64,000 nt of DNA, taken from contig MHUT01000018.1 of NCBI GenBank assembly GCA_001823535.1, positions 55,628 through 119,627 on the forward strand. The letters are read 5' to 3'. How positions within the stretch are numbered: the first letter of the stretch is position 1; each line of letters begins with the position of its first letter. The position numbers and the translations under genes are program-made. The DNA comes from Candidatus Yonathbacteria bacterium RIFCSPHIGHO2_02_FULL_44_14. Its GTDB lineage: Bacteria; Patescibacteriota; Minisyncoccia; Phycocordibacterales; UBA1550. Below are positions 20,469 to 30,509 of this stretch, in pieces. A model generated the notes under the pieces. It did no database searches, was not told the DNA's origin, and saw only the letters and a program-made list of their open reading frames with translations.

Positions 20469-20867
20469 CTACAAAATAATCCACACCCACACCATCCCCC
20501 ACACCAAATACACCGACAATGTGCACCAAAAGCACCACGAGCGAATCAGGCGCCATTGAACATATAAAAAATAACACGACATTATCAACCCGCCAGAAAG
20601 AAGCACTGTCTCTCCAAGCACAAGCAAAGGATCATATGGTCCCCAAATGATGGAGTACTCGAGCACTGCTACCGTTGCATAAAAAATAATGCCGAGAACC
20701 TCATTCCCAACGCCAAAGGTTCTGCTGTATGGACTCTCCCACACAAGAGCGCAATCACCGCCAATCACACAAACAGGCGGGCGTTTCTTTTTTCTTTGAT
20801 AAAAAAGGTAGAGCGATTCTGCGACCCCTGCAAGCGCTAAAGTAAAAATAATAATGTGTGCGTTCAT
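20469..20867 (-). CDS. vitamin K epoxide reductase (VKOR) family membrane protein
   Basis: 4-5 TM, loop Cys pair (CVIGGDC) plus membrane CFWC redox motif. Confidence 0.55.
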   Translation of the reverse strand: MNAHIIIFTLALAGVAESLYLFYQRKKKRPPVCVIGGDCALVWESPYSRTFGVGNEVLGIIFYATVAVLEYSIIWGPYDPLLVLGETVLLSGGLIMSCYFLYVQWRLIRSWCFWCTLSVYLVWGMVWVWIIL

Positions 20868-20869
20868 GT

Positions 20870-22849
20870 TTATGCAATTTGTTCTTTATTAAGTTTCTTC
20901 GGCGTGATACCGTTTGCGATGAGAATCTTTTCAAAATCCTCGCGCTCGATGGACTCTTGCACTACAAGCTCATTCGCAATGGCATCAAGCGTTTTGCGAT
21001 GCGTTGTACAAGCCTCACGCGCACGCGCAAACGCATCATTCATGATTTTAGATACCTCCGCGTCAATTTTTGCAGAAACATCCTCCGAATAATCGCGACT
21101 GTCTACTCCGCGACCGCCAAAAAGCGCTCGTCCACCCGATCCCTCCAGCGCCACCGGCCCTAATTTTTCTGACATTCCGTACTTCGTGACCATATCGCGT
21201 GCAAGCGCGGTTGCCACCTGCAGGTCATTTGATGGCCCAGTCGTGATGTCGCCAAAAACCATCTCCTCAGCAACATACCCGCCAAGAGACATCGCGATGT
21301 CGTCCAAAAACTCTTTCCTAGACTGAAGGCGTGTTTCTTCGAGGGGAAGTTTGAGAGTGTACCCGCCCGCATTCCCGCGCGCAATGATTGATACCTTATG
21401 CACCGGATCTGCATGAGGAAGCACTGACGCAACGAGTGCATGCCCTGCTTCGTGGTATGCAGTAATCTTCTTTTCTTCTTTCGAGAGAATATGACTTTTG
21501 CGTTCGGGTCCGAGCATTACTTTTTCAATAGAACGAATAAGATCATATTGCGCAACCGTCTTTCGGTCTTCACGCGCCGCAAGAATAGCGCCTTCGTTCA
21601 TAAGTGACGACAGGTCAGCACCAGAAAATCCAGGTGTGCGCTCGGCAACAACTTTCAAATTAACATCCTCGGCGAGCGGCTTCTTGCGTGCATGAATATT
21701 CAAAATTTCCTCGCGTCCCTCGCGGTCTGGCAACTCAAGTGTGACACGTCGGTCGAAACGACCTGGACGAAGCAGGGCGGGATCGAGTACGTCAGGTCTG
21801 TTTGTCGCCGCCATCACGATAACTTTTTCTGATGGCTCAAAGCCATCCATCTCAACGAGAATTTGATTAAGTGTTTGCTCACGCTCGTCATTTCCTCCAC
21901 CCACGCCACCGCCTCGCACACGTCCGACTGCATCGATTTCATCAACGAAAATAATTGCAGGTGCAGCTTTTTTTGCCATCTTGAAAAGGTCGCGCACACG
22001 CGATGCGCCGACTCCGACAAACATTTCCACAAACTCAGAACCAGAGAGGTGAAAGAATGGCACGGCTGCCTCCCCTGCTACCGCACGCGCGAGGAGAGTC
22101 TTGCCAGTACCCGGTGCTCCCATAAGGAGCACACCCTTTGGAATACGCGCGCCAATGTCCAAAAACTTTTTAGGATTGCGGAGGAAGTCTACAATTTCAA
22201 CGAGCTCCTCTTTCGCCTCTTTTGCTCCAGCGACATCTTTGAATGTTACTTTTTGTCCTTGATCGTTCGGATCAATAATGCGCGCCTTGGATTGCCCAAA
22301 AGAAAACGCTTGCATTCCTGCCCCTTTTACTTGTCGCGAAAGCATCCAGAACACAAAACCGATGAGAAGGATCGGCAAGAGAAACGGCAACATATTGAGC
22401 GCATAGTAACCGAAACCACTTTCGTTTTTCACCTCAACCTCAATCTTTGCTAAATTTTCAGCTGACACGCCATAGTTCACCAGTGTTTGCAATAGAGAGG
22501 ATTCGACTTCCTTTTTGGATTTCTTTTTTGATCCATCAACATATTCGGCATTGATCATTCCGCCCTCAACAATGATCTTTTTTACGGTACCGCTTGAAAT
22601 ATCCTGTGCGATTTTTGAAACAGGCACTTCCTCAACCTTGCCCTTATTGCCCACTACGGCTCCGTAGAGCGTCGAAATAATTAGAAATATAAGGACAGCA
22701 GTGAGAAGGTTTGAGAAAAACTGCCCGCCAGTTGGCATTCCTCCAAACATCCCTGGAACGGGTGGCTTGGTTTTGTTCCCCCCTGTTTTACCCTTGTTTT
22801 TCTCTTTTTTGTTATTCTTCAAAATTTCCATAATATTGTCAGTATACAC
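20870..22849 (-). CDS. ftsH: ATP-dependent zinc metalloprotease FtsH
   Basis: 659 aa. AAA module [21 protein letters not shown], and HEAGHALV zinc site. N-terminal Gly-rich low-complexity extension. Confidence 0.9.
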   Translation of the reverse strand: MYTDNIMEILKNNKKEKNKGKTGGNKTKPPVPGMFGGMPTGGQFFSNLLTAVLIFLIISTLYGAVVGNKGKVEEVPVSKIAQDISSGTVKKIIVEGGMINAEYVDGSKKKSKKEVESSLLQTLVNYGVSAENLAKIEVEVKNESGFGYYALNMLPFLLPILLIGFVFWMLSRQVKGAGMQAFSFGQSKARIIDPNDQGQKVTFKDVAGAKEAKEELVEIVDFLRNPKKFLDIGARIPKGVLLMGAPGTGKTLLARAVAGEAAVPFFHLSGSEFVEMFVGVGASRVRDLFKMAKKAAPAIIFVDEIDAVGRVRGGGVGGGNDEREQTLNQILVEMDGFEPSEKVIVMAATNRPDVLDPALLRPGRFDRRVTLELPDREGREEILNIHARKKPLAEDVNLKVVAERTPGFSGADLSSLMNEGAILAAREDRKTVAQYDLIRSIEKVMLGPERKSHILSKEEKKITAYHEAGHALVASVLPHADPVHKVSIIARGNAGGYTLKLPLEETRLQSRKEFLDDIAMSLGGYVAEEMVFGDITTGPSNDLQVATALARDMVTKYGMSEKLGPVALEGSGGRALFGGRGVDSRDYSEDVSAKIDAEVSKIMNDAFARAREACTTHRKTLDAIANELVVQESIEREDFEKILIANGITPKKLNKEQIA

Positions 22850-22879
22850 AAATCCCCGTCAGACTGCTAGAATGACCTC

Positions 22880-23326
22880 ATGTCCCTCATAGAGAACAAA
22901 AAAATACACTTTAACTACGAAATACTGGAACGTTATGAAGCAGGTATCGAGCTTTTTGGTATTGAAGTTAAAGCTGTGCGGGCTGGTCGTGGCTCGCTCG
23001 AAGGTTCACATGTGACCGTGCGCGGAGGCGAAGCGTACCTTATTGGTGCGACAATTCAACCATATCAGGCAGGCAATACGCTGAAAGACTATGACGCGAC
23101 AAGAAACCGTAAGCTACTTTTGACAAAAACAGAGATTGCGGAGCTTTCGGCACAGGAGTCCAAAAAGGGCTTGACAATCGTGCCTATTGCGGTGTATAAT
23201 AAAAACCGTAAGCTCAAGGTTGAAATCGCGATTGTACGTGGCAAAAAAACGCACGACAAGCGCGAAACAATCAAAAAACGTGAGGCCGAGAGAGATGTGA
23301 TGCGCGACATTAAATCCGCAAGATAG
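22880..23326 (+). CDS. smpB: SsrA-binding protein SmpB
   Basis: 148 aa with the conserved SmpB core (GIELFGIEVKAVRAG...) and basic C-terminal tail. Confidence 0.85.
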   Translation: MSLIENKKIHFNYEILERYEAGIELFGIEVKAVRAGRGSLEGSHVTVRGGEAYLIGATIQPYQAGNTLKDYDATRNRKLLLTKTEIAELSAQESKKGLTIVPIAVYNKNRKLKVEIAIVRGKKTHDKRETIKKREAERDVMRDIKSAR

Positions 23327-23403
23327 ATGATTCTGCGGAGTCATGTCGCGCACCGTCGATTGAAGCGCGACGCACGTTGATAATTTAGTTAAGCATTTTA
23401 ATA

Positions 23404-23809
23404 CGGGGATGATCGGCCTAGACAGGCGATTCCCTCTTGTAGGTGCTATGCCGAGAATACTCGAGATCTCGTTAAACCTCGAGTACCAACCTAGTTGCAA
23501 AAAACAACCTCGTTGCAAAAGCAAAGTCAATTGTTTCACCTTTCTTTAAGGCGAACGACTTTGCTCCTACTTACGCTTTAGCCTAAGTAGCATTCGCGCT
23601 CAATACGCCCTCTAGGGAGTTGCGGGTGATATAAAAAGAGGGCTCATCGCTTTGAATGACTCTACGAAGTGAAAAAACATAGAGCATCGATAGTGTATAA
23701 TTTAGAATACTTTATATATACATTATTTAAACCCAAAAGAAGTATTCTACGCATAGTAGATTCCCACAAGAGCATCGTCTGCACGGGGGTTCGATTCCCC
23801 CCATCTCCA
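23404..23809 (+). ncRNA. ssrA: tmRNA (ssrA), about 406 nt, immediately downstream of smpB
   Basis: 5' GGGGATG pairs with 3' CATCTCC, including a G3:U70 wobble (the AlaRS identity element). T-arm GGGGG-TTCGATT-CCCCC. Internal tag ORF from resume codon GCG at 23550 encodes ANDFAPTYALA, stop TAA 23583-23585. 3' end followed by discriminator A. Confidence 0.8.
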
Positions 23810-25367
23810 CATCGTGGGAGTTTACACACGCAAACTCCTCAAAAAGCCTTACAGCACAAGGCAGGTTATCGGTTCGATAGCCTGTCTTTTTGCTATACGC
23901 CAGTTTCTCTTCAAAAATGAAGAAATAGAGCCTGTGTTTTTCAAGCACATCGACAGAGCTCCATATCTTGTATGGGCTTTTAAGCAATCCTGTAGCCTTA
24001 TTGAGGGCGGTTTGATAAGGAACCGATGTATCAGACAAATCGATATCAACAGCCCCTATTCCCTCGAACTCAATTACTACTTCCTCAAGCTTGCCCTCGT
24101 ATGCTCTTTTAACCGCATCTGATTTTGCGGCTATAATCAAATCAGTAAGTTCACTAATTTTTACCTCAAGCTCTTGCCTCTTTCTTTGCTTAAGATCCTC
24201 TAACTTACGAATATCTCCAGCCTCTTCTTGCCAGACCCCACTAAAAACTTTTTGCACTAAGACATCTACACCTCCACCCAATATTTGTTTTTTCAAAAGA
24301 GAGGTGAAGGCATCTTCCATATCTTTTTTCCTTATCATCTTGCCATTTTGTTCGCAATTCTTGTTTTGACAATAATAATACGGGTATTTTTTAGACCTTC
24401 CTTTGACCCACGCGCCAGTAAGAGGTTTGTTGCACTCGCCACACACATGCAAACCACGCAACGGAAAGTCATCTGAGACATCCACTCGTATTCTCTTGCT
24501 CAATCCTTGAGATTTAGTCCTTCTTTGATTTATCTCGTATGTATCTAAAGAAATAATTGCCTTATGGTGCCCCTTGCGTCGTTCAACCTCCCACTCGGGA
24601 TATTCGATAGACCCTGAGTAAAACGGATCTCTGAGTATTATCGAAAACTTATCAATGTACTTCTCTGGCGACTGCTTTCCCCAAAACCCATTCTCTACCA
24701 GATACTTGCAGGCATCAATTTTTCTTACAAAGACTCCCGTTGAAAAGCTTTCAAGGGCGTATTTGAGCAATGGTGCCTCTGTTTTATGCGGCACCGCAAG
24801 TTTGCCATGCAAGGGGTCTTTAATCATCGTGTAGCCCTTTTTACTGCCAAACGTCCAGTATCCTGACTCAAGGCGAGCCTTCATTTTCTGAATTACCTGT
24901 CGTGTATTCTGTTTCCTTTCGAGCTGTCCCTGTGCGGCAAATATTGTTTCAACGAACTCACCTTCCGCAGTATCCTCAAAGTTAAAGTTTAAACATTCTG
25001 GCTTTGCATCACGCACCTTTAGTGCCATGCGCAACTTAATGTGAAATTGTGTATCTCGTGCAAACCTTTTTAAGTCATCAAAAATGACAGCAAATCGGAT
25101 AGACGGGTTCTTATCAAGATACTCAATCAACTGAGACATTGCAGGGCGGTTCATAAAATCTCCACCACCACTAAAACTGTCACGAAATACTTTTTCAACA
25201 ACATAACCCTGGCGTGAAGCATATTCACGGCAACGCTGTTCTTGTCCATCTAACCCATGCCCCTCTGTTGCCTGACGATCAGAAGACACGCGACAATAAA
25301 TGAGTGCTCGGTCATATTTAATAACACTTTTATCAAACAAACTCTTTTTCTTTTTAGTTTTACTCAT
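23727..25367 (-). CDS. large serine recombinase (resolvase/invertase catalytic domain + recombinase domain + zinc ribbon)
   Basis: N-terminus ALIYCRVSSDRQ... (catalytic Ser motif of serine recombinases), 546 aa with C-terminal Cys cluster (CGEC...C..C). The last ~27 codons overlap the 3' end of ssrA (GGIEPP = reverse complement of the T-arm). Confidence 0.8.
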   Translation of the reverse strand: MSKTKKKKSLFDKSVIKYDRALIYCRVSSDRQATEGHGLDGQEQRCREYASRQGYVVEKVFRDSFSGGGDFMNRPAMSQLIEYLDKNPSIRFAVIFDDLKRFARDTQFHIKLRMALKVRDAKPECLNFNFEDTAEGEFVETIFAAQGQLERKQNTRQVIQKMKARLESGYWTFGSKKGYTMIKDPLHGKLAVPHKTEAPLLKYALESFSTGVFVRKIDACKYLVENGFWGKQSPEKYIDKFSIILRDPFYSGSIEYPEWEVERRKGHHKAIISLDTYEINQRRTKSQGLSKRIRVDVSDDFPLRGLHVCGECNKPLTGAWVKGRSKKYPYYYCQNKNCEQNGKMIRKKDMEDAFTSLLKKQILGGGVDVLVQKVFSGVWQEEAGDIRKLEDLKQRKRQELEVKISELTDLIIAAKSDAVKRAYEGKLEEVVIEFEGIGAVDIDLSDTSVPYQTALNKATGLLKSPYKIWSSVDVLEKHRLYFFIFEEKLAYSKKTGYRTDNLPCAVRLFEEFACVNSHDVEMGGIEPPCRRCSCGNLLCVEYFFWV

Positions 25368-25530
25368 GTGTTTTGTTTACTTCCTTCTCATCTACACTGA
25401 GGTGTGTTTGTAGTTCGGTTTTTATAACATTTCGACAAAATGCTTCGAGATACTTTAAGCGTTTAGTAATACTTTCATCCGATGTCTTTTGATCATTCAG
25501 TATCTTGCGATACTCCTCAACTGTAACCAT
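25360..25530 (-). CDS. small ORF (56 aa) translationally coupled to the serine recombinase, possible accessory / directionality factor
   Basis: MVTVEEYRKILNDQKTSDESITKRLKYLEAFCRNVIKTELQTHL... Its stop overlaps the recombinase ATG (CATGAGTAA arrangement). Too short for the ORF track. Confidence 0.2.
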   Translation of the reverse strand: MVTVEEYRKILNDQKTSDESITKRLKYLEAFCRNVIKTELQTHLSVDEKEVNKTHE

Positions 25531-25620
25531 GTATTTTCATGATTGCGATACTGATTCAGTTTTTCCTGATAGCACATATCTTTTTTATAATGCTTTGGTT
25601 TTTCCCAATAGCAGAATGTT

Positions 25621-26430
25621 TTATTTAAATCTTTTTTTCTTGGTTACCTCAAGAGACTTAGTTTCTCCGTCCTCCGCCTGAAAAACAACTTTGCCATACA
25701 TTCGATTATTTTTTATCTCTTTTTGTACATCCAAATAAGACTGGGGATTTTGAAACACTTTAGTGCTTTCTATTTCAAATATTTTTCCTTTGTTTAAACG
25801 AACCGAGACTTTTTTATTCTCCTCAGAGCGCAATTCTGAAAGAGTTTCTTGCTCCTCTGCGTTTAGATAGTCAAGAAAATGCATACCAACCACTTTGTGC
25901 CCCAAGTCCTCAAGAATCGCCGCCAGAGAGATTAGGGTAACATCGTAATGGCTCTTAAGTATTTTAAGAAACTGCACCTCAGACGGAGCCGCCAAATGGA
26001 CCTCCCCGTTCGAAATTATAATAATGTAAGGATCATCTGATGTACTTAGAGCCTTGGCGATATAAAACTCAAACAAAAGATAACTGCCGCTTTTTTTATC
26101 TAATTTAAGTAGACTTTCTTTAGCCGACTTAATTTTATCTAAAGATAATCCCGCTTCTCTCATTCTGACAATTGCCTTTATCCAAACAAGTTCAACAAGT
26201 GTAAATTTTCTCCAACCACCTCCCTCAATAACCCCATCTGGCAACAAATTATTTGTAGCCCAATGGTGTATCATTCTGTAGTTAACCTCAGTGTCGCTTA
26301 CTGTAAATTTTTTTGACCTCATATTCTCCCAAAATACTTCGTATTCTGGCGAAGAACAATACTCTTTAAAATCATTGATACGATTCTCGTTTTTCTCAAC
26401 AAAGGCACCTGATATCTCTTTTTTCTTCAT
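25621..26430 (-). CDS. hypothetical protein (269 aa), possible HTH-like segment
   Basis: The segment WRKFTLVELVWIKAIVRMREAGLSLDKIK loosely resembles a MerR/excisionase-type HTH. Otherwise no motif. AT-rich. Confidence 0.35.
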   Translation of the reverse strand: MKKKEISGAFVEKNENRINDFKEYCSSPEYEVFWENMRSKKFTVSDTEVNYRMIHHWATNNLLPDGVIEGGGWRKFTLVELVWIKAIVRMREAGLSLDKIKSAKESLLKLDKKSGSYLLFEFYIAKALSTSDDPYIIIISNGEVHLAAPSEVQFLKILKSHYDVTLISLAAILEDLGHKVVGMHFLDYLNAEEQETLSELRSEENKKVSVRLNKGKIFEIESTKVFQNPQSYLDVQKEIKNNRMYGKVVFQAEDGETKSLEVTKKKRFK

Positions 26431-26626
26431 ATACTAAATTATACATAGATGTAAGCTTTAATCAAACAACTTGTCCACAAAGCCAAATAGTTCCATGTTC
26501 ATCTCCCTTATCAGCCCCCCCAATATACCCAAAGTCTTTATCCTTTATTTTTTTCACCAAAAACCAAACGGACCTTTAAATTAGCCGTAATTCAGCGATT
26601 TTTACTTTTTTAGAAAAGGACAATGT

Positions 26627-26985
26627 TCCCTTTTCCTTCACCCTTTCTTAACCTTGCTCTTCTTTACAAAAAAACAGATCTGTCCTTATAATTAGGACGT
26701 TATTTTAAATTTACGCTCCCGCATTCAAGGTGAAATTAACCATGAAATTCACCTTTTCTTTTCCTTGCTTTTCTTTGCAAAAAACCAACTAACCCTTTTA
26801 ACTAAGGCATTATTGGGGAATTTACGCTTCGCAGTCAAGGACAAATTATCCATGCAATTTACCTTTTCTTTTCATTGACTGCCTATACATAAAATTCATT
26901 AAACCCTTACAGTGAGGGTATTATTTAAAAATTAACACCCTAATTATCAATGATAATCTTTCTTTGCTTTTAACCTTTTTCGAAT
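26627..26985. repeat. three degenerate tandem repeats of about 120 bp in an 800-bp intergenic region, each ending in an AAGGTGAAATT-type inverted repeat (iteron-like)
   Basis: Unit consensus ttcaccttttcttttccttgc...caaaaaac...ttacgct(c/t)cgca(t/g)tcaagg(t/a)(g/c)aaatta(a/t)ccatg(a/c)aat. Perfect 11-bp inverted repeat aaggtgaaatt/aatttcacctt at 26727-26755. Confidence 0.5.
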
Positions 26986-27227
26986 CCGTAGACATACACC
27001 TAATGCCCCATCGGAGTTCGTGTGTACACCTATGCCGTTTGATGATAAAATAACCCTACAACCAAATAAGGAAGTATCCTAAACCATTGAGCAATCGGTG
27101 GCATGGTGAATAAGTCGAGTTAAGCATAAAGAACCCATCATGGGGTCGCTTAACTCGCCATATCGGGAAACCGGTATGAGTGGCTTAGGCCACTACCCGT
27201 GGTGGGCTTTTTGTATATCCAATAAAA

Positions 27228-28229
27228 ATGAAATCTAACAAAATATTAATACTCACCACCGCTTTTGCGAGCATTCTAACTTTGAGTGGTGTTGGTTATG
27301 TCAGTGTAAGGCAATATCAAAATTATCAGGAAGCGAGGGTTGGCGAAGCAAAGCAAGCACAAGAGCAAAGCATTGCCTTAAGAGATGCAGCCGTAGAAAT
27401 TAAAAAACTTAAACAAGAAAGCGAGCTGGCTAAACAAAAGCAAACAAGCCTTGAAGAGAGGGTTGGCGATGCCGCCAAATCGAGTGTACAAAACTTGTCG
27501 ATATCATCAACAGAACTTGCCCCCTACTTAACTGGTGTAGTCGAAATTGACTGTGTAGACACTAAAGGTAGCGGCTCTTTGTGGAATCTACCCGGCGTGG
27601 GTTACGTCGTTTTGACCAATAAGCATGTTGTAACCAAACCTTACCCAGCGACTGGGACATGCTGGGTAATGATTAGCGACTCAGAGAGAAGCAAAATCTC
27701 TGGTGACTTTAACACTATTGGTGTATATGACCTTAATCCAATTAAAAGATTTGCTTATAAATATCAACAGGCAGTGAACAGCAAGGTGGACATTGCCGTC
27801 TATCCAATTGAAAACAAAAATTTTGCAGAAATTAGCAATCCGATTGAAGGCTTAAACTATAAAATTTCTTCGCTAAAAAAGTGTCCTGAAGAGATGCCCG
27901 CCGGCTCCCCTATTGTTTTATTAGGATTCCCAGCATTTACAGAAAAAACAATAGAGGTCTTTGGATCTTCTCAAAACAAATCTTTCAGAACGATTACCAA
28001 TGGCATAATTAGCGCTCATGACACTTCAGTTACTGGCATATTTGGCGATTTGCCGTACGTCAATTATTTCGTCTCAGCAAAAATCGACAGTGGTAATTCT
28101 GGTGGAATTGCGTTTTCAAAGGATTCAAGGGGGTTGTGCGTCTTAGGAATCCCCACGTGGCTTACTGTTGGTAATTACGAAACACAAGGACTAATTCAAA
28201 ACATACATAATGCCTTTTACTCAAAATAA
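27228..28229 (+). CDS. membrane-anchored / secreted trypsin-like serine peptidase (S1 family)
   Basis: N-terminal TM/signal, coiled-coil linker, then catalytic-triad contexts TNKHVV (His), DIAVYP (Asp), DSGNSGG (Ser). Confidence 0.6.
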   Translation: MKSNKILILTTAFASILTLSGVGYVSVRQYQNYQEARVGEAKQAQEQSIALRDAAVEIKKLKQESELAKQKQTSLEERVGDAAKSSVQNLSISSTELAPYLTGVVEIDCVDTKGSGSLWNLPGVGYVVLTNKHVVTKPYPATGTCWVMISDSERSKISGDFNTIGVYDLNPIKRFAYKYQQAVNSKVDIAVYPIENKNFAEISNPIEGLNYKISSLKKCPEEMPAGSPIVLLGFPAFTEKTIEVFGSSQNKSFRTITNGIISAHDTSVTGIFGDLPYVNYFVSAKIDSGNSGGIAFSKDSRGLCVLGIPTWLTVGNYETQGLIQNIHNAFYSK

Positions 28230-28255
28230 CGAAATAATTTGAACATCAAAAAAAC

Positions 28256-28465
28256 ATGAACAAACCTTTTGTCGCTTGGAATTTAATATGGGTAGTGATA
28301 GCTCTTACTGTCATACTATTTTCTGACAGTTCAACTAACTGGGGCCAAGCTATGCCAGTCGTAGTTGCATCAATAGTCCTCTATTTTTCTATAGGAAAAA
28401 GAATTGACCACCTTGAAAGTAAGATTGACGCAAAAAAATCAAAAACTAATAAACTACATCAATAA
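28256..28465 (+). CDS. small membrane protein (69 aa, 2 TM)
   Basis: Hydrophobic ORF immediately downstream of the protease gene. Confidence 0.3.
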   Translation: MNKPFVAWNLIWVVIALTVILFSDSSTNWGQAMPVVVASIVLYFSIGKRIDHLESKIDAKKSKTNKLHQ

Positions 28466-28470
28466 TAAAA

Positions 28471-30222
28471 CTACTCTTTCGACTCTTCATAGTCGATAGC
28501 CTGTTTAAACTGTTTATAGAACAAAGGATCACTAACACTGAGTTTTACAACCTGTCTATCTCGAACATCAAACTTGAGCTCTTTGTCAGCTAAAGCATCA
28601 GGCATCACATCAGAATTATAGGTCGCAATATACTGAAAAGAATTCTCGTCCAAAGAATGTATATAGTTAACGATGTTGAAAGTAGCATCGTTGTCTATGT
28701 CACCAAAAAGTAGCCTATCGTGGACTAATAATTTTTGCATTTTTTCAGATGTGTGCTCGTTAACCAGTAAGCTCAGATCGTAAATTATCTGCCTAACTCG
28801 ATTTACTCCTTCACTCCCTTGCCGATGTGCTTCTGCTTTTATCTTAAAGAACTCTTTATCTTTTATATTTCTTTTTAGGCTTAAGTCAAAAGCAAATACT
28901 CCATCTTTGTTGCCATAGATTTTCTCGTGAATATCAAGAAAAGTTTTACGAAAAGATACTTCTTTTCCATTGACAACAAAGAAGGCGGCTTCCAGCGTTG
29001 AATACAGTGTTTGAAACTCAGAATTTACCTCTCTTGCATTCTGGTCATATTCATCGTAGGTTTCTATAAGTTTCCCATTATCATTAAAATCATTTATTAA
29101 TTCATGAGAAATCTTCAGCCCTCTTTGAAGATGGTTTCTCCCTTCAGTAATAATTGCTTGATACTTCAACGTATTAACCCTCTGGGTAGTGATGTCGTTT
29201 TCCAAGCGTGCAAGGCTACCCCTGAGAGCGTCTTCTTGCCCTGAGAGCATCTCCGCCTCAAAAACATGGATTTCGTCCCTAAACTTTTTCAACTGTTCTA
29301 AATCTCTTTGCACAAAATCTCCGAGTCCTGCAATATACTTATTAAAAAAACGTTGTAATTGCTTGTCTGTGATAATCGTATCTTCATCTTGATGCCCGAG
29401 AAATTCCTCGATTTCACTAAGTTGGTACTCAATCCTACCCTTCTGTCTAAGGGTGTCAGTCAATGCGTCCTCTGCCTCTTGCAACTTTGATGAATTACTT
29501 GAAACCTCTTTTGAGATTTCGTCGTAGGACAACCCTTGCTCTATTTTTACTATTCTCTCCTCTAAATCCGATTGTAGAGAACGCAGTTTATTAATATCAA
29601 GCCCCTTGTCTTCTATTTTCTTTATTGTCACCCTTGAAACAGTGCTTAGGCTGTCATACTCATCTTGCTTTGATCGAAGTTGTTCAAATAATTTTACAGG
29701 TAGTCCAAAGAAATATAAACTGGTGCGCAACCTATCTATTACATTAGACGGAAAAAAGTAAAGAAAAGTAGAATAAGAGTAATTAGATTCTTTAATTACA
29801 AAATTACATAGTTCCCTAAAAGAAATATCATTACCTAACCCTGAGATGTTAGCAAGTTCATCTTTAGCAGTTTTTTCTGACATCTCCTGGAACTCACCAT
29901 TATCAACCTTCATCAATACTTCATTTTTCTTATTTCGCGCTACCGTAACATCCTTCCCGTTAATGGTAAGGTTCATGTACACGAAGGAATTCTGAGGGAG
30001 AATGCTATCTGGCACCCCGTGTATGCGACCCTCGCTCTCTCTTTTCATCAAAACAAAATTAATTAATTCAATTGAGAGGCTTTTCCCAGACCCATTTCGC
30101 TGCTCATTTACATTGCCATTTTTGTCCTTTGAATTTTCTCCAACAATAAAATTTATCCCCGGTTTAAAAACGAGTTCTTTAAACCTATTTTCCTCAGACC
30201 AGACTCTATTGATTCTTATCAT
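28471..30222 (-). CDS. coiled-coil ABC-type (SMC/RecF-like) ATPase, candidate ABC-3C-system ATPase (DUF2326-like)
   Basis: N-terminal P-loop FKPGINFIVGENSKDKNGNVNEQRNGSGKSLSIELINFVL; about 300 aa predicted coiled coil; C-terminal Walker B / D-loop KLLVHDRLLFGDID. 583 aa. Confidence 0.55.
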   Translation of the reverse strand: MIRINRVWSEENRFKELVFKPGINFIVGENSKDKNGNVNEQRNGSGKSLSIELINFVLMKRESEGRIHGVPDSILPQNSFVYMNLTINGKDVTVARNKKNEVLMKVDNGEFQEMSEKTAKDELANISGLGNDISFRELCNFVIKESNYSYSTFLYFFPSNVIDRLRTSLYFFGLPVKLFEQLRSKQDEYDSLSTVSRVTIKKIEDKGLDINKLRSLQSDLEERIVKIEQGLSYDEISKEVSSNSSKLQEAEDALTDTLRQKGRIEYQLSEIEEFLGHQDEDTIITDKQLQRFFNKYIAGLGDFVQRDLEQLKKFRDEIHVFEAEMLSGQEDALRGSLARLENDITTQRVNTLKYQAIITEGRNHLQRGLKISHELINDFNDNGKLIETYDEYDQNAREVNSEFQTLYSTLEAAFFVVNGKEVSFRKTFLDIHEKIYGNKDGVFAFDLSLKRNIKDKEFFKIKAEAHRQGSEGVNRVRQIIYDLSLLVNEHTSEKMQKLLVHDRLLFGDIDNDATFNIVNYIHSLDENSFQYIATYNSDVMPDALADKELKFDVRDRQVVKLSVSDPLFYKQFKQAIDYEESKE

Positions 30223-30508
30223 GTTTCTTAATAGTTATATACGGTCTTTCAAATTCGATTAACTTTAGTGCATACATTAAAAATATTGCGAAATATATTT
30301 GCCTTCCAGGAACACGCGGGCTGATTTTTCTTATCTGATTGAATAAAGTATAAATTGGGATATTTTTGTCCTCCCGCAACATACCTGGGGCACGAACGTT
30401 ATCTCGCAAAAGTAAATAACAAAGATATATTGGGCTTGAAGTAATCCGGGCATGCTTGTTAAAAAGCGAAAGCTGTACATTTTCCTTTTCTACTAAAACT
30501 TGTTTCAT
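30206..30508 (-). CDS. small (100 aa) protein, candidate middle component of the three-gene system
   Basis: Overlaps the ATPase start by 17 nt. Its start abuts the stop of the upstream gene (30510), indicating translational coupling. Confidence 0.4.
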   Translation of the reverse strand: MKQVLVEKENVQLSLFNKHARITSSPIYLCYLLLRDNVRAPGMLREDKNIPIYTLFNQIRKISPRVPGRQIYFAIFLMYALKLIEFERPYITIKKHDKNQ

Positions 30509-30509
30509 A

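Noticed and set aside
23785-23811. tRNA-like T-arm/acceptor (GGGGGTTCGATTCCCCCCATCTCCA) that could be taken for a truncated tRNA gene or pure att fragment
   Set aside because: No D-arm or anticodon arm upstream. The matching 5' strand GGGGATG lies 400 nt upstream with a tag-peptide ORF in between, so this is the tRNA-like domain of tmRNA (ssrA), not a tRNA fragment.
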